This document shows, in pieces, positions 1 to 11,603 of a DNA stretch of 23,900 nt; the first letter of the stretch is position 1; each line of letters opens with the position of its first letter. This stretch comes from a virus. Its lineage: Duplodnaviria > Heunggongvirae > Uroviricota > Caudoviricetes. The position numbers and the translations under genes are program-made. Below the pieces are notes generated by a model. The model did no database searches. It had not been told where the DNA came from and saw only the letters and a list, made by a program, of their open reading frames with translations. The DNA lies in IMG/VR virus record IMGVR_UViG_2778261223_000025, positions 1 to 23,900 of that record; one strand, given 5' to 3'.

Positions 1-324
1 ATGAAGATGCCAGAAAAACATGACCTGTTAGCCGCCATTCTCGCGGCAAAGGAACAAGGCATCGGGGCAATCCTTGCGTTTGCAATGGCGTACCTTCGCG
101 GCAGATATAATGGCGGTGCGTTTACAAAAACAGTAATCGACGCAACGATGTGCGCCATTATCGCCTGGTTCATTCGTGACCTTCTCGACTTCGCCGGACT
201 AAGTAGCAATCTCGCTTATATAACGAGCGTGTTTATCGGCTACATCGGTACTGACTCGATTGGTTCGCTTATCAAACGCTTCGCTGCTAAAAAAGCCGGA
301 GTAGAAGATGGTGGAAATCAATAA
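1..324 (+). CDS. S: Class I holin, lambda S-type, with dual-start motif Met1-Lys2-Met3
   Basis: 107-aa ORF whose translation matches my recollection of lambda S almost residue for residue; 3' end overlaps the next gene by 17 nt as in lambda S/R. Confidence 0.93.
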   Translation: MKMPEKHDLLAAILAAKEQGIGAILAFAMAYLRGRYNGGAFTKTVIDATMCAIIAWFIRDLLDFAGLSSNLAYITSVFIGYIGTDSIGSLIKRFAAKKAGVEDGGNQ

Positions 325-784
325 TCAACGTAAGGCGTTCCTCGATATGCTGGCGTGGTCAGAGGGAACTGATAACGGACGGCAGAAAACCAGAAATCAT
401 GGTTATGACGTCATTGTAGGCGGAGAGCTATTCACTGATTACTCCGATCATCCTTGCAAACTTGTCACGCTAAACCCCAAACTCAAATCAACAGCAGCCG
501 GACGTTACCAGCTTCTTTCCCGTTGGTGGGATGCCTATCGTAAGCAGCTTGGCTTGAAAGATTTCTCTCCGAAAAGCCAGGACGCAGTTGCACTGCAGCA
601 GATTAAAGAGCGTGGCGCTTTACCTATGATTGATCGCGGTGATATCCGTCAGGCAATCGACCGTTGCAGCAATATCTGGGCTTCACTGCCGGGCGCTGGT
701 TATGGTCAGTTCGAGCATAAGGCTGACAGCCTGATTGCAAAATTCAAAGAAGCAGGCGGAGCGGTCAGAGAGATTGAGGTATGA
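308..784 (+). CDS. R: Endolysin, lambda R-type lytic transglycosylase
   Basis: 158-aa ORF ([22 protein letters not shown]...) recognisable as lambda R; stop overlaps the Rz start (ATGA). Confidence 0.93.
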   Translation: MVEINNQRKAFLDMLAWSEGTDNGRQKTRNHGYDVIVGGELFTDYSDHPCKLVTLNPKLKSTAAGRYQLLSRWWDAYRKQLGLKDFSPKSQDAVALQQIKERGALPMIDRGDIRQAIDRCSNIWASLPGAGYGQFEHKADSLIAKFKEAGGAVREIEV

Positions 785-1248
785 GCAGAGTAACCGCGAT
801 TATCTCCGCTCTGGTTATTTGCATCATCGTCTGCCTGTCATGGGCTGTTAATCATTACCGTGATAACGCCATCGCCTACAAAGAACAGCGAGATAAAAAA
901 GTCAGTGAGCTGAAGCAGGCGACCGCCACCATTACTGACATGCAGCAGCGCCAGCGTTCTGCTGATGCGCTCGATGCTAAATACACGAAGGAGTTAGCTG
1001 ATGCGAAAGCTGAAAATGATGCTCTTCGGCGCAAGCTTGATAATGGTGGTCGGGTGTTCGTCAAAGGAAAATGCCCTGTGCCATCCTCAGCCGAAACCTC
1101 CGGCGCCTCCGGCATGGGCAATGATGCCACCGTCGAACTCTCTCCAGTTGCTGGACGAAACGTTCTCGGTGTCCGGGACGGAATTATCCGCGACCAAACA
1201 GCACTGAGAACGCTTCAGGAATACATCAGGACGCAATGCCTTCGATGA
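781..1248 (+). CDS. Rz: Rz i-spanin (inner-membrane spanin subunit)
   Basis: 155 aa with N-terminal transmembrane segment ([18 protein letters not shown]) and coiled-coil body; N-terminal half resembles lambda Rz, C-terminal part differs. Confidence 0.88.
   Translation: MSRVTAIISALVICIIVCLSWAVNHYRDNAIAYKEQRDKKVSELKQATATITDMQQRQRSADALDAKYTKELADAKAENDALRRKLDNGGRVFVKGKCPVPSSAETSGASGMGNDATVELSPVAGRNVLGVRDGIIRDQTALRTLQEYIRTQCLR
1001..1207 (+). CDS. Rz1: Rz1 o-spanin lipoprotein, embedded in the +1 frame of Rz
   Basis: 68-aa ORF wholly inside Rz in another frame; lipobox (MVVG-C) then a proline-rich stretch ([11 protein letters not shown]), as in lambda Rz1. Confidence 0.8.
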   Translation: MRKLKMMLFGASLIMVVGCSSKENALCHPQPKPPAPPAWAMMPPSNSLQLLDETFSVSGTELSATKQH

Positions 1249-1422
1249 TAGCGATAATTTTACTCATCATCCTTCACATCTGGCTCTGTAGACAGGGTGG
1301 TGATCACTTCTGGAGTGAATCCAGATTAAACATCTCATTGCTGATGCTTGAAGTTGAGCATCTGGCGCGCGGTAAGGGGCTGCGTTGAGATAAGAGCCAG
1401 TCATTACAAATACCAGGATTTA

Positions 1423-1446
1423 GCCTCGCATTCGCGGGGCTTTTTT
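1423..1446 (+). terminator. Candidate rho-independent terminator downstream of Rz
   Basis: 7-bp stem gcctcgc/gcggggc (one G-U pair) with a 4-nt loop, followed by TTTTTT. Confidence 0.4.
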
Positions 1447-1593
1447 ATATCTGCAACAAACGCGCTTCACACGCGCGACTTATGAACACAGAACCTTTCA
1501 GGATGACCCTTGAGGATGCCGGTTTGGTGATCGGTGCCTTTCTGTGGGCCGGAATCCTGTGTGACAAGGTTCATCACTAAAAGGTGAGCACTG

Positions 1594-2136
1594 ATGAATT
1601 ATCCAACTATCGTTAACGGCATCGATTTCCGAGAACTGATTTTTGTGGCAAACAACGATCCGGTTACAGATTCTTTTATGGTGGCAAAAGCATTTGGAAA
1701 GCTGCCGAAGAACGTGGTTCGTGACATTGAGCGAACCATAGAAGCTTGCCCTCCTGAGTTTGATACAAAGCTCAACTTTGAGCTTTGCTATAAAAACAAT
1801 GAGTTACAGAATGGTAAGCCGCAAAAATTCTACCGTCTACGCAAGGATGGGTTGATGCTTTTGGTTATGTCCTACACCAAAAAAGAAGCAATGCGTATCA
1901 AAATTGCTTACATCAACGCATTTAACTGGATGTACGCCATGCTTCAGGTTGGTCATCGTCAATTTGAAGAAGAGAGAAATGCCGTAATGCTGGAGTACAT
2001 GAAAGAGAAGGATGTTGCCAGCATGTCAGGTCGCCTGCTAAATCGCTGGGGCAAAATTAAGAAGCCACAGTTGCTGGCTAGAATTGAACGCCTTGAACAG
2101 CACGGGCAAACCGTAATCCCCGGACTCATCAATTAA
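1594..2136 (+). CDS. rha: Rha-family phage regulatory protein
   Basis: 180-aa ORF with a Shine-Dalgarno-like aaaggtgag upstream; N-terminal region resembles the phage Rha domain and sits where P22-like phages carry rha (between lysis genes and terminase). Confidence 0.75.
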   Translation: MNYPTIVNGIDFRELIFVANNDPVTDSFMVAKAFGKLPKNVVRDIERTIEACPPEFDTKLNFELCYKNNELQNGKPQKFYRLRKDGLMLLVMSYTKKEAMRIKIAYINAFNWMYAMLQVGHRQFEEERNAVMLEYMKEKDVASMSGRLLNRWGKIKKPQLLARIERLEQHGQTVIPGLIN

Positions 2137-2343
2137 CGGCAGTACCGCGAAACAACCCAAGCCAGTAAGTGGGGAAATAACTGAAAGATGAACCTCCAGC
2201 CTTATGGCAAAAAAGATTCTTTGTGGTGGCGGACTGATGGAAAGACATCGGATAGAATAAAACAGTGGCTAGGGTAGCTCCCGAAAAGCGGAATCGTCAC
2301 CGCCAGCCACTGAATCTATGACGAACAACTAGACGAGGTTGAT

Positions 2344-2586
2344 ATGAGTGAAATTGATAAAATAATAAATGGTACATGTAACTTTCAATCAATGCCGCCA
2401 GGTAGTTATGTAAAACAATGTAGTGAAATAGTTAATGGTCAGCTTGTAATGTCAAATGCAGGACGTGGAGTTTCTACGGATGAAAAAAAATCAATAAATG
2501 AAGCCCTATTAAGCATCAATGTTTTTGACTTGTTTCGCCCATCTTGGGTTATTTTGCAAAATAGTAGTCAATTCCCACATTATTGA
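2344..2586 (+). CDS. Hypothetical 80-aa protein, AT-rich moron
   Basis: ORF with a gaggt Shine-Dalgarno-like motif 5 nt upstream of the ATG; visibly AT-rich relative to neighbours; followed by its own terminator; no signal peptide; no family recognised. Confidence 0.5.
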   Translation: MSEIDKIINGTCNFQSMPPGSYVKQCSEIVNGQLVMSNAGRGVSTDEKKSINEALLSINVFDLFRPSWVILQNSSQFPHY

Positions 2587-2604
2587 TAAATTAATTAATA
2601 AATT

Positions 2605-2626
2605 GGTCGCTCAGGCGGCCTTTTTT
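2605..2626 (+). terminator. Rho-independent terminator after the moron ORF
   Basis: Stem ggtcgc/gcggcc (one G-U pair), loop tcag, then TTTTTT. Confidence 0.6.
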
Positions 2627-2733
2627 ATTGCCATCACAAAAGCCATTCCCTACAGAGTGGCTTTGATAATGGCTTATACCCTACACGGGATAACTTAACT
2701 GATATCCCTTTTAACGGATAAACGGAGCCAACA

Positions 2734-2976
2734 ATGGCAGAGATTATTCCCATGACTGAAGAACAGAAATTCCAGTTAGAGATTTACAAGCTGGTCATGA
2801 ACCAGAACGCAGCCGCAGAAGAAGCATTTCAATTCATTGGCACTGACGAACTGAAGCTTGAGCTATTCAAAATTCACTTCCAGTCAGGTGGCGCTAATTC
2901 AGATATCACGACCCGAACTATCGAAGCGGTGCGTAAATCGAAGGAAGCGTTAGACCTGTTCACTACCGGAGCATAA
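2734..2976 (+). CDS. Hypothetical 80-aa protein immediately upstream of the terminase genes
   Basis: ORF with a ggag Shine-Dalgarno-like motif upstream; acidic, helical-looking sequence; P22 has a small ORF of similar size in this position (from memory). Confidence 0.6.
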   Translation: MAEIIPMTEEQKFQLEIYKLVMNQNAAAEEAFQFIGTDELKLELFKIHFQSGGANSDITTRTIEAVRKSKEALDLFTTGA

Positions 2977-3055
2977 ACATGGCAACTCAAGGTTTCGACA
3001 ACCCATCCAAATTCCGCGATGAATGGGATAAGCAAGCAGAAGGGAAATAATCAAT

Positions 3056-3544
3056 ATGGCAGCACCAAAGGGCAACCGATTTTGGGAGGCCCGCAGTAGT
3101 CATGGGCGAAATCCTAAATTCGAATCGCCTGAGGCGCTGTGGGCTGCTTGTTGTGAATACTTCGAGTGGGTAGAAGCTAACCCGCTATGGGAGATGAAGG
3201 CGTTCTCGTATCAGGGTGAAGTGATACAAGAGCCTATCGCCAAGATGCGAGCGATGACCATTACCGGACTCACTCTGTTCATTGATGTGACGCTTGAAAC
3301 ATGGCGCACATATCGCCTGCGAGAAGATTTATCTGAAGTCGTTACGCGAGCAGAGCAGGTCATCTACGACCAGAAATTCTCTGGCGCAGCCGCTGACCTT
3401 CTCAACGCTAACATCATCGCCCGTGATTTGGGCCTCAAAGAGCAGTCGCAAGTTGAAGACGTGACACCTGATAAGGGAGATCGCGATAAGCGACGCTCTC
3501 GTATCAAGGAGCTATTCAACCGTGGAACTGGACGCGATTCTTGA
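3056..3544 (+). CDS. 3: Terminase small subunit, P22 gp3-type
   Basis: 162 aa, the size of P22 gp3, and matches my recollection of it closely; contains the pac-like sequence; 3' end overlaps the large terminase start. Confidence 0.93.
   Translation: MAAPKGNRFWEARSSHGRNPKFESPEALWAACCEYFEWVEANPLWEMKAFSYQGEVIQEPIAKMRAMTITGLTLFIDVTLETWRTYRLREDLSEVVTRAEQVIYDQKFSGAAADLLNANIIARDLGLKEQSQVEDVTPDKGDRDKRRSRIKELFNRGTGRDS
3323..3344 (+). other. pac: P22-type pac site (headful packaging initiation) inside gene 3
   Basis: Sequence GAAGATTTATCTGAAGTCGTTA inside the small terminase gene matches the P22 pac site as I remember it. Confidence 0.55.
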
Positions 3545-5021
3545 TAACCTGAGCGACGAAGAGCAAATCGAGTTGCTCGAGCTACTCGAAGAAGAAGAGA
3601 ACTACCGGAACACACACCTGCTATATGAATTTACGCCATACAGCAAACAGCGTGAGTTCATCGACGCCGGGCATGACTATCCAGAGCGCTGTTTTATGGC
3701 TGGTAACCAGCTTGGTAAGTCATTTACTGGTGCTGCTGAAGTCGCGTTTCACCTTACCGGGCGTTATCCGGGCACAAAAGGCTATCCGGCTGATGGTAAA
3801 TATGGTGGGGAGTGGAAAGGTAAGCGTTTCTATGAGCCTGTTGTCTTCTGGATTGGCGGCGAGACAAACGAGACTGTAACCAAAACGACTCAACGCATCC
3901 TGTGCGGTCGTATCGAAGAGAATGATGAGCCTGGCTACGGCTCCATACCGAAAGAGGACATCATTAGCTGGAAGAAGTCTCCTTTCTTTCCGAACCTTGT
4001 TGATCACCTTCTGGTTAAGCATCACACGGCTGATGGCGTTGAAGATGGCATTTCAATCTGCTACTTCAAGCCATACTCGCAAGGTCGTGCTCGCTGGCAG
4101 GGTGACACAATCCACGGAGTGTGGTTTGACGAAGAACCACCATACAGCATTTATGGCGAAGGGCTTACCCGTACCAACAAATACGGGCAATTCTCAATCC
4201 TGACGTTTACCCCGCTGATGGGGATGTCTGACGTTGTTACCAAGTTCCTGAAGAATCCCAGCAAGTCGCAGAAAGTGGTCAACATGACCATCTATGACGC
4301 TGAGCACTATACCGACGAGCAGAAAGAGCAAATCATCGCATCCTATCCAGAGCATGAGAGAGAGGCTCGAGCTCGCGGTATTCCTACGATGGGTAGTGGT
4401 CGAATCTTCCAGATACCGGAAGAGACGATTAAGTGTCAGCCGTTCGAGTGTCCTGATCACTTCTACGTAATTGGCGGGATGGATTTCGGATGGGATCACC
4501 CTCAGGCGCAGGTTCAGCTTTGGTGGGATAAGGACGCAGACACAATCTACGTTTCGCGCGTGTGGAAGGCGAAAGAAAAGACAGCTGTTCAGGCGTGGGG
4601 AGCCGTTAAACCATGGGCGCATAAAGTGCCAACCGCATGGCCCCATGACGGAAACCAGCACGAGAAGGGCGGCGGTGAGCAGCTTAAAGGGCAGTACGCG
4701 GACGCTGGTTTTATGATGTTGCAGGAGCATGCGACATGGCCTGATGGCGGTAACGCTGTGGAGCCTGGAATCACTGAATTGCGCGACATGATGCTTGATG
4801 GTCGCTTCAAAGTATTCAACACCTGTGAGCCATTCTTTGAGGAGTTCCGCCTCTATCACCGTGATGAAAACGGGAAGATCGTCAAGCTTAACGACGACGT
4901 GCTATCCGCCGTTCGCTATGCATACATGATGCGCCGCTTCGCAAAAATGATGCGCGACATCAAAAAACCAAAAGAGAAAAAGATACCAGCCCCAATCAGG
5001 CCCATCGCACGGAGAACTTAA
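3522..5021 (+). CDS. 2: Terminase large subunit, P22 gp2-type
   Basis: 499 aa, the size of P22 gp2; sequence recognised as P22-type large terminase. Confidence 0.95.
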   Translation: MELDAILDNLSDEEQIELLELLEEEENYRNTHLLYEFTPYSKQREFIDAGHDYPERCFMAGNQLGKSFTGAAEVAFHLTGRYPGTKGYPADGKYGGEWKGKRFYEPVVFWIGGETNETVTKTTQRILCGRIEENDEPGYGSIPKEDIISWKKSPFFPNLVDHLLVKHHTADGVEDGISICYFKPYSQGRARWQGDTIHGVWFDEEPPYSIYGEGLTRTNKYGQFSILTFTPLMGMSDVVTKFLKNPSKSQKVVNMTIYDAEHYTDEQKEQIIASYPEHEREARARGIPTMGSGRIFQIPEETIKCQPFECPDHFYVIGGMDFGWDHPQAQVQLWWDKDADTIYVSRVWKAKEKTAVQAWGAVKPWAHKVPTAWPHDGNQHEKGGGEQLKGQYADAGFMMLQEHATWPDGGNAVEPGITELRDMMLDGRFKVFNTCEPFFEEFRLYHRDENGKIVKLNDDVLSAVRYAYMMRRFAKMMRDIKKPKEKKIPAPIRPIARRT

Positions 5022-7187
5022 ATGGCCGACGAAAACAGACTCAATTCCATTCTGTGTAAGTTTGACGCAGACTGGATGGCGAGCGATGAAGCCAGAACCG
5101 AGGCGACAAATGACCTGTATTTTAGCCGAGTGTCGCAATGGGATGACTGGCTATCAAACTACACCACCCTGCAATATCGCGGACAATTCGATGTTGTCCG
5201 CCCGGTTGTCAGGAAGTTGGTCGCAGAGATGCGCCGGAACCCTATCGACGTTCTCTTCCGACCAAAAGACGGTGCTAATCCTGATGCTGCCGATGTGCTG
5301 ATGGGGATGTATCGTACTGATATGCGCCATAACACGGCAAAAATTGCCGTTAATGTTGGCGTTCGTGAGCAGATAGAGTCAGGCGTTGGTGCATGGCGTC
5401 TGGTCACGCAGTACGAAGACAACGACCCAACAAGCAACAATCAGGTAATCCGACGCCTGCCAATCCATGAAGCCTGCTCACACGTCATATGGGACGCCAA
5501 CAGCAAGCAGATGGATAAGAGCGACGCTAAGCACTGCACGGTGATTAACGCCTTGTCACGCAATGGCTGGAAAGAGTTCGCAGAGGATTACGGTATTGAT
5601 CCTGACACCTTGCCATCTTTCCAGAATCCGAACGATACATGGCTGTTTCCGTGGGTATCGAATGATGTCGTCTACGTCGCTGAGTATTACGAGGTCGAAG
5701 AGAAGAAGGAGAAGGTCTTCATCTACCGCGACCCGCTGACAGGTGAGCCGGTCAGCTATTACCAGCAGGATATCAAAGACGTCATCGACGACCTGGCTAA
5801 TCGTGGATTCATTAAGGTAGCAGAGCGCAAGGTGAAGCGTCGGCGTGTGTATAAGTCGATCATCACCTGCACGCAGATACTGAAAGACCGAGAAAAGATA
5901 GCCGGAGAGCATATCCCAATCGTTCCAGTGTATGGAGAATGGTCATTCGCTGGTGACAAGGAGTGCTACGAAGGAGTGGTAAGGCTGACGAAAGACGGTC
6001 AACGCCTTCGTAACATGATCATGTCATTCAACGCCGATATTGTTGCTCGTTCACCGAAGAAGAAACCGACCTTCTTCCCTGAGCAAATCGAAGGCTACGA
6101 ATACATGTACGGTGGAAATGATGACTATCCGTACTATCTGCAGAACAGGACCGATGAAAACGGTAACGACCTGCCGATTGGTCCAATCTCCTACATGGAA
6201 AACCCTGAAGTGCCGCAAGCCAACGCTTATATGCTTGAGGCTGCCACCAACGCAGTGAAAGAGGTGGCTAGTCTTGGTGTGGATGCGCAGGCAGCAAACT
6301 CTCAGGTCGCTTTCGATACCGTCAATCAACTGAACATGCGGGCAGACCTTGAGACATACGTGTTTCAGGATAACCTGGCTACCGCAATGCGACGTGATGG
6401 CGAGATTTATGCCTCAATGGTCAACGATATTTATGACGTTCCTCGTCATGTAACGCTGACACTTGAAGATGGAAGCGAGAAAGACGTTCAACTCTATGCG
6501 CAAGTTGTCGATTACCAGTCCGGCAATGTGGTCACACTCAACGACATTCGTGGTCGCTATGAGTGCTATACAGACGTTGGACCATCCTTCCAGAGTATGA
6601 AGGAACAGAACCGCGCAGAGATTCAGGAGTTACTCACCAAGGTTCCGCAAGGTACTCCAGAGTTCCAGATGCTGATGCTGCAATACTTCACGCTCCTTGA
6701 CGGTAAAGGCGTCGAGATGATGCGAGAGTACGCGAACAAGCAACTGGTGATGATGGGGCTGAAGAAACCAGAAACACCTGAAGAGATGGAGATGGTACAA
6801 CAGGCACAACAACAGCCGCAGCAGCCATCAGCAGAGCAAATTCAGGCGCAGGGTATCCTTCTGCAAGGTCAGGCTGAATTGCTCAAGGCAGAGAACCAAC
6901 AGGCACAGATTCAGGTTGAAGCCGCCAAGGTTGAAGCCCAAAACCAACTCAACGCCGCGAAGATTGCAGAAATCTTCAACAATATGGACCTCGACAAGCA
7001 GGCAGAACTGCGTGAGTACCTCAAGCTAGTAGGTCAATTCCAGCAACAGCGCAGCAAAGATGCTCGTGCTAACGCTGAGCTGCTTCTTAAAGATGCAGAC
7101 CAGAATCATTCACAACGCATGGATTTCGCGAATCTTATGCGTCAAGTTCAAATCCCCTCCGGCGGAGTAGCCGAGACACCTCAATAA
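5022..7187 (+). CDS. 1: Portal protein, P22 gp1-type
   Basis: 721 aa; recognisable P22 portal sequence including the Q-rich C-terminal helical region; ATG directly follows the terminase stop. Confidence 0.95.
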   Translation: MADENRLNSILCKFDADWMASDEARTEATNDLYFSRVSQWDDWLSNYTTLQYRGQFDVVRPVVRKLVAEMRRNPIDVLFRPKDGANPDAADVLMGMYRTDMRHNTAKIAVNVGVREQIESGVGAWRLVTQYEDNDPTSNNQVIRRLPIHEACSHVIWDANSKQMDKSDAKHCTVINALSRNGWKEFAEDYGIDPDTLPSFQNPNDTWLFPWVSNDVVYVAEYYEVEEKKEKVFIYRDPLTGEPVSYYQQDIKDVIDDLANRGFIKVAERKVKRRRVYKSIITCTQILKDREKIAGEHIPIVPVYGEWSFAGDKECYEGVVRLTKDGQRLRNMIMSFNADIVARSPKKKPTFFPEQIEGYEYMYGGNDDYPYYLQNRTDENGNDLPIGPISYMENPEVPQANAYMLEAATNAVKEVASLGVDAQAANSQVAFDTVNQLNMRADLETYVFQDNLATAMRRDGEIYASMVNDIYDVPRHVTLTLEDGSEKDVQLYAQVVDYQSGNVVTLNDIRGRYECYTDVGPSFQSMKEQNRAEIQELLTKVPQGTPEFQMLMLQYFTLLDGKGVEMMREYANKQLVMMGLKKPETPEEMEMVQQAQQQPQQPSAEQIQAQGILLQGQAELLKAENQQAQIQVEAAKVEAQNQLNAAKIAEIFNNMDLDKQAELREYLKLVGQFQQQRSKDARANAELLLKDADQNHSQRMDFANLMRQVQIPSGGVAETPQ

Positions 7188-7200
7188 GAGAGAGTTAATC

Positions 7201-8112
7201 ATGGACCAAACCACCGACATTCAGGCTTCTGAAGAATTAACCCTGCCCGGCAATCATGCAGCGGCATCTGCTGATGGCTTAGTTGTCGATAATGCCAACG
7301 ACAACGCAGGTCAGGAAGAAGGCTTTGAGATTGTCCTGAAAGACGATGAGAAACCAAAACAAGACCCGGCAACTAATGCTGAATTTGCCCGTCGCCGCAT
7401 CGAACGCAAACGCCAGCGTGAGCTTGAGCAGCAGATGGAAGCGGTTAAGCGTGGAGAGTTGCCGGAGCACCTGCGGGTGAACCCTGAGTTACCAAAACAA
7501 CCAGACCCTAACGATTATCTTTCCGAAGATGCACTGGCTAAGTACGACTATGACCAGAGCCGCGCACTGGCTGCCTTCCAGCAGGCAAACAGTGAATGGC
7601 AGATCAAGGCTATGGACGCACGAAGCCAGGCTGTCGCCGAGCAGGGCCGCAAAACTCAGGAGTTCACCCAGCAATCAGCGCAATACGTCGAGGCCGCCCG
7701 TAAGCACTACGATGCAGCGGAAAAGCTTAATATCCCTGACTATCAGGAGAAAGAGGATGCATTCATGCAACTGGTGCCGCCAGCAGTCGGTGCCGACATC
7801 ATGCGCCTCTTCCCGGAGAAATCCGCCGCTCTCATGTATCACCTTGGTGCTAATCCTGAGAAAACACGCCAGTTGCTGGCGATGGACGGGCAATCCGCGC
7901 TGATTGAACTCACTCGACTGTCAGAACGTTTAACTCTCAAGCCTCGAGCAAAGCCTGTTTCAGAAGCCCCGTTACCTGATGAACCCATTCAGGGACACGC
8001 TGTTGCTGCAAATATCTCTGCGATTGAAAAGCAGATGGAAGCGGCAGCAAACAAAGGGGATGTAGAGACGTACCGCAAGCTCAAGGCGCAACTGAATAAA
8101 GGAATTCGATAA
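7201..8112 (+). CDS. 8: Scaffolding protein, P22 gp8-type
   Basis: 303 aa (same size as P22 gp8), highly charged and helical; stop overlaps the coat start (TAATG). Confidence 0.88.
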   Translation: MDQTTDIQASEELTLPGNHAAASADGLVVDNANDNAGQEEGFEIVLKDDEKPKQDPATNAEFARRRIERKRQRELEQQMEAVKRGELPEHLRVNPELPKQPDPNDYLSEDALAKYDYDQSRALAAFQQANSEWQIKAMDARSQAVAEQGRKTQEFTQQSAQYVEAARKHYDAAEKLNIPDYQEKEDAFMQLVPPAVGADIMRLFPEKSAALMYHLGANPEKTRQLLAMDGQSALIELTRLSERLTLKPRAKPVSEAPLPDEPIQGHAVAANISAIEKQMEAAANKGDVETYRKLKAQLNKGIR

Positions 8113-9407
8113 TGGCATTAAATGAAGGTCAACTGGTCACGTATGCTCTGGATGAAATCATCGAAACCGTCCAGAACCTGACGCCAATGGCGTCCAAAGT
8201 GACAAAATACACCCCTCCGGCAGAATCCATGCAGCGTTCAAGCAACACCGTGTGGATGCCTGTTGAGCAGGAAGCGCCAACCCAGACTGGCTGGGATTTA
8301 ACTGGCAACGCAACCGGGATTCTGGAACTCTCCGTGAAATGCAACATGGGCGATCCGGATAACGATTTCTTCGAGCTTCGTGCAGATGACCTGCGTGATG
8401 AGCGTTCTTACCGTCGCCGCATCCAGGCATCCGCCAAAAAACTGGCGAATAACATTGAGTCAGCGATTGCCAAACAGGCAACTGAAATGGGCTCGCTTGT
8501 TGTTCACGATACCCGCGCAATTGGTCCATCTACTGGCCTTTCTGGCTGGGATTTTGTGTCTGATGCAGAGCGCCTGATGTTCTCCCGTGAGCTAAACCGC
8601 GATATGGGCATCAGTTACTTCCTGAACCCTGACGATTACCGCAAAGCAGGCCGCAACCTGGTAGATGGTGACATCTTCGGGCGCGTTACTGAAGACGCGT
8701 ATCACAACGGTACTATTCAGCGTCAGATTGCTGGCTTTGATGAAATTCTTCGCTCACCGAAACTTCCCGCAGTTACCAAGTCAACCGCTACTGGTGTAAC
8801 TGTTTCTGGTGCGCAGAAGTTTAAGCCGCAGGCATACACCCTTGATACCGATGGTAACAAAGAGAACGTCGATAACCGTGTTGCAACGGTGACCGTATCC
8901 TCCACCACCGGATTTAAGCGCGGCGACAAAATCAGCTTCACTGGTGTGAAATTCCTGTCTCAGATGGCGAAGAACGTGCTGACTGATGATGCGACTTTCT
9001 CAATCACCCGTGTGATCGATGGTACTCACATCGAAATCACGCCGAAGCCGATTGCGCTGGATGACGCGTCACTGACAAAAGAAGAGAAGGCTTACGCTAA
9101 CGTAAACACCTCTCTTGCTGATACCACTCCGGTAAACGTTCTGAACGTGGCAACAACCACCGCTAACGTGTTCTGGGCTGATGACTCAATCCGTCTGCTG
9201 TCTCAGCCGATCCCGGTAACCCATGAACTGTTTGCTGGCATGAAAACGTCTTCCTTCAGCATTCCTGGTATTGGTGTTAACGGCATCTTCGCAACGCAGG
9301 GGGATATCAACACTCTGTCTGGCAAGTGCCGTATTGCTGTGTGGTATTCAGCATGTGCTGTACGACCAGAGGCAATTGGTGTTGGTCTGCCTAACCAGAC
9401 CGCGTGA
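8112..9407 (+). CDS. 5: Major capsid (coat) protein, P22 gp5-type
   Basis: 431 aa versus 430 for P22 coat; clear similarity along the whole length to my recollection of P22 gp5. Confidence 0.93.
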   Translation: MALNEGQLVTYALDEIIETVQNLTPMASKVTKYTPPAESMQRSSNTVWMPVEQEAPTQTGWDLTGNATGILELSVKCNMGDPDNDFFELRADDLRDERSYRRRIQASAKKLANNIESAIAKQATEMGSLVVHDTRAIGPSTGLSGWDFVSDAERLMFSRELNRDMGISYFLNPDDYRKAGRNLVDGDIFGRVTEDAYHNGTIQRQIAGFDEILRSPKLPAVTKSTATGVTVSGAQKFKPQAYTLDTDGNKENVDNRVATVTVSSTTGFKRGDKISFTGVKFLSQMAKNVLTDDATFSITRVIDGTHIEITPKPIALDDASLTKEEKAYANVNTSLADTTPVNVLNVATTTANVFWADDSIRLLSQPIPVTHELFAGMKTSSFSIPGIGVNGIFATQGDINTLSGKCRIAVWYSACAVRPEAIGVGLPNQTA

Positions 9408-9414
9408 TAACCAG

Positions 9415-9438
9415 AGGGAGCTTCGGCTCCCTTTTTTA
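9415..9438 (+). terminator. Rho-independent terminator immediately after the coat gene
   Basis: Perfect 7-bp stem agggagc/gctccct closed by a cUUCGg tetraloop, then TTTTTT. Confidence 0.65.
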
Positions 9439-9451
9439 TCTGGAGACAAGC

Positions 9452-9706
9452 ATGACACACATGATCTTTCGTCATGGAGACATGAAGAAGTGGAAAGGCG
9501 TTGGATACGACTTTGAAATCGTGAAAGCCGAAGAGCTTCAGGAATATCTGGATGCTGGCTGGTTTGCACATCCCGATGACCTTCTGAAGGATGTTGCAGA
9601 GTCAGAGCCAGAGCTAGAACCAGAGTCAGAGCCAGAAGAAAAACAGCGTAAAAAGCCTGGTCGAAAACCTAAGGCGGTAGCAGATGAACCTGACAACGAA
9701 GGGTGA
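9452..9706 (+). CDS. Hypothetical small protein with acidic [13 protein letters not shown] repeat and basic C-terminal tail
   Basis: The track ORF 9404..9706 starts at a GTG inside the coat terminator hairpin; the ATG at 9452 has GGAG 6 nt upstream and is the likelier start. Overlaps the gp4 start. Confidence 0.45.
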   Translation: MTHMIFRHGDMKKWKGVGYDFEIVKAEELQEYLDAGWFAHPDDLLKDVAESEPELEPESEPEEKQRKKPGRKPKAVADEPDNEG

Positions 9707-10184
9707 TTTAGTTCTTGCGGCATTACGTAAGCTCGGTGTGGCATCAAATGCCACGTTAACCGATGTCGAACCGCAGTCTATGGAAGATGGCGTCAACGAC
9801 CTTGAAATGATGATGGCTGAATGGCTTGGCGGTGATGCGTCACCTGGGATCAACGTTGGCTACATTTTCGCTGATGCAGATGTCGCTCCAGATCCGGGCG
9901 ATGAGCACGGCTTATCAAATAACGCTATAAATGCCGTCATTTTCAACCTTGCCTGCCGCATTGCTCCAGATTATGCGCTGGAAGCGCCAGCAAAACTTAT
10001 AACCACTGCCAGATACGGGAAAGAGCGACTCGTCAAACCGTCTGCAATGGACAGAGCAAAAGCCGCTAAATGTAAGTCCGGTTATCCAAACCGTATGCCT
10101 GTTGGTAGCGGTAACCAGTTGGCGAAGTGGAATGGTTGGAATTACTTCCACCGAAAGGAACCTTGCGATAACGGGAGCGAATAA
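9684..10184 (+). CDS. 4: Head completion / tail accessory protein, P22 gp4-type
   Basis: 166 aa (same size as P22 gp4); syntenic position; sequence resembles gp4 as remembered. Confidence 0.82.
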   Translation: MNLTTKGDLVLAALRKLGVASNATLTDVEPQSMEDGVNDLEMMMAEWLGGDASPGINVGYIFADADVAPDPGDEHGLSNNAINAVIFNLACRIAPDYALEAPAKLITTARYGKERLVKPSAMDRAKAAKCKSGYPNRMPVGSGNQLAKWNGWNYFHRKEPCDNGSE

Positions 10185-11603
10185 ATGCCGATTCAGCAAC
10201 TTCCGCTTATGAAAGGTGTCGGCAAAGACTTTCGAAACGCCGACTATATCGACTATCTGCCAGTGAATATGCTGGCTACACCCAAAGAAATCCTGAACAG
10301 CAGCGGATATCTTCGCTCATTCCCTGGCATTGCCAAACGCTCTGATGTGAACGGTGTATCTCGCGGCGTCGAGTACAACATGGCGCAGAATGCTGTTTAT
10401 CGTGTGTGTGGTGGCAAGCTGTACAAAGGAGAAAGTGAAGTCGGTGACGTCGCCGGAAGTGGTCGCGTATCAATGGCGCATGGTCGTACATCTCAGGCGA
10501 TAGGTGTTAATGGTCAACTGGTCGAGTATCGCTATGATGGCACGATTAAAACCGTCTCAAACTGGCCTACAGATAGTGGATTCACTCAGTATGAGCTAGG
10601 TTCGGTTCGTGACATTACGCGCTTACGTGGGCGTTATGCGTGGTCAAAAGACGGCACTGATTCATGGTTTATCACTGATCTTGAAGACGAATCGCATCCT
10701 GACCGCTACAGCGCACAATATCGTGCCGAGTCTCAGCCGGACGGCATCATCGGCATCGGCACATGGAGAGACTTCATCGTCTGCTTTGGTTCATCGACGA
10801 TTGAATATTTCTCCCTGACTGGTGCAACCACCGTTGGTGCTGCTTTGTATGTCGCACAGCCATCACTGATGGTGCAGAAAGGCATTGCCGGGACTTACTG
10901 CAAAACGCCGTTTGCTGACTCGTATGCGTTCATCAGCAATCCGGCAACAGGTGCGCCGTCTGTATACATCATCGGCTCCGGTCAGGTATCACCAATCGCC
11001 AGCGCGAGCATTGAGAAAATACTACGCTCCTACACTGCTGATGAACTGGCTGAAGGCGTGATGGAATCGCTGCGGTTTGATGCGCATGAGTTGCTGATTA
11101 TCCATCTTCCGCGCCATGTTCTCGTATACGACGCATCTTCAAGCGCCAATGGTCCGCAATGGTGTGTATTGAAAACAGGCCTGTATGACGATGTGTACCG
11201 CGCTATCGACTTCATTTACGAAGGCAATCAGATAACGTGCGGCGATAAGCTGGAATCGGTGATCGGGAAATTGCAGTTCGATATCAGCAGCCAGTACGAC
11301 AAGCAACAGGAACACCTGCTGTTTACTCCGTTGTTCAAAGCGGATAACGCCAGATGCTTTGATCTGGAGGTGGAATCATCGACTGGTGTTGCGCAGTATG
11401 CTGACCGCCTGTTCCTCTCTGCAACCACTGACGGCATCAATTACGGTCGTGAGCAGATGATTGAGCAGAATGAACCGTTCGTTTACGACAAACGCGTTTT
11501 GTGGAAGCGAGTTGGGCGCATCAGGAAAAATGTCGGCTTCAAATTGCGCGTTATCACTAAGTCACCTGTCACTCTGTCAGGCTGCCAGATAAGGATTGAG
11601 TAA
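10185..11603 (+). CDS. 10: Tail accessory protein, P22 gp10-type
   Basis: 472 aa (same size as P22 gp10); synteny; ATG immediately follows the upstream stop. Confidence 0.82.
   Translation: MPIQQLPLMKGVGKDFRNADYIDYLPVNMLATPKEILNSSGYLRSFPGIAKRSDVNGVSRGVEYNMAQNAVYRVCGGKLYKGESEVGDVAGSGRVSMAHGRTSQAIGVNGQLVEYRYDGTIKTVSNWPTDSGFTQYELGSVRDITRLRGRYAWSKDGTDSWFITDLEDESHPDRYSAQYRAESQPDGIIGIGTWRDFIVCFGSSTIEYFSLTGATTVGAALYVAQPSLMVQKGIAGTYCKTPFADSYAFISNPATGAPSVYIIGSGQVSPIASASIEKILRSYTADELAEGVMESLRFDAHELLIIHLPRHVLVYDASSSANGPQWCVLKTGLYDDVYRAIDFIYEGNQITCGDKLESVIGKLQFDISSQYDKQQEHLLFTPLFKADNARCFDLEVESSTGVAQYADRLFLSATTDGINYGREQMIEQNEPFVYDKRVLWKRVGRIRKNVGFKLRVITKSPVTLSGCQIRIE

Noticed and set aside
2979-3050. 23-codon micro-ORF ([23 protein letters not shown]) between the 80-aa ORF and gene 3
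   Set aside because: It fits neatly between the two genes and could be real, but it is too short to support without conservation or expression data.
876-6329. Antisense and alternate-frame ORFs in the track inside the lysis, terminase and portal genes (for example 876-1130 minus, 3364-3615 minus, 4194-4859 minus, 5556-5912 minus, 6051-6329 minus)
   Set aside because: They lie wholly within strongly supported, tightly packed genes, have no ribosome-binding sites and give low-complexity translations; treated as shadow ORFs. Rz1 (1001-1207) is the one embedded ORF kept, because it has a lipobox and matches the known Rz/Rz1 layout.
6780-6990. Q-rich low-complexity stretch ([25 protein letters not shown]) as a possible independent repeat element
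   Set aside because: It is in frame inside the portal gene and corresponds to the C-terminal helical region of P22-type portals.
9404-9451. GTG start at 9404 for the small post-coat ORF
   Set aside because: This stretch contains the coat terminator hairpin and overlaps the coat stop; the ATG at 9452 with GGAG upstream is the more plausible start.
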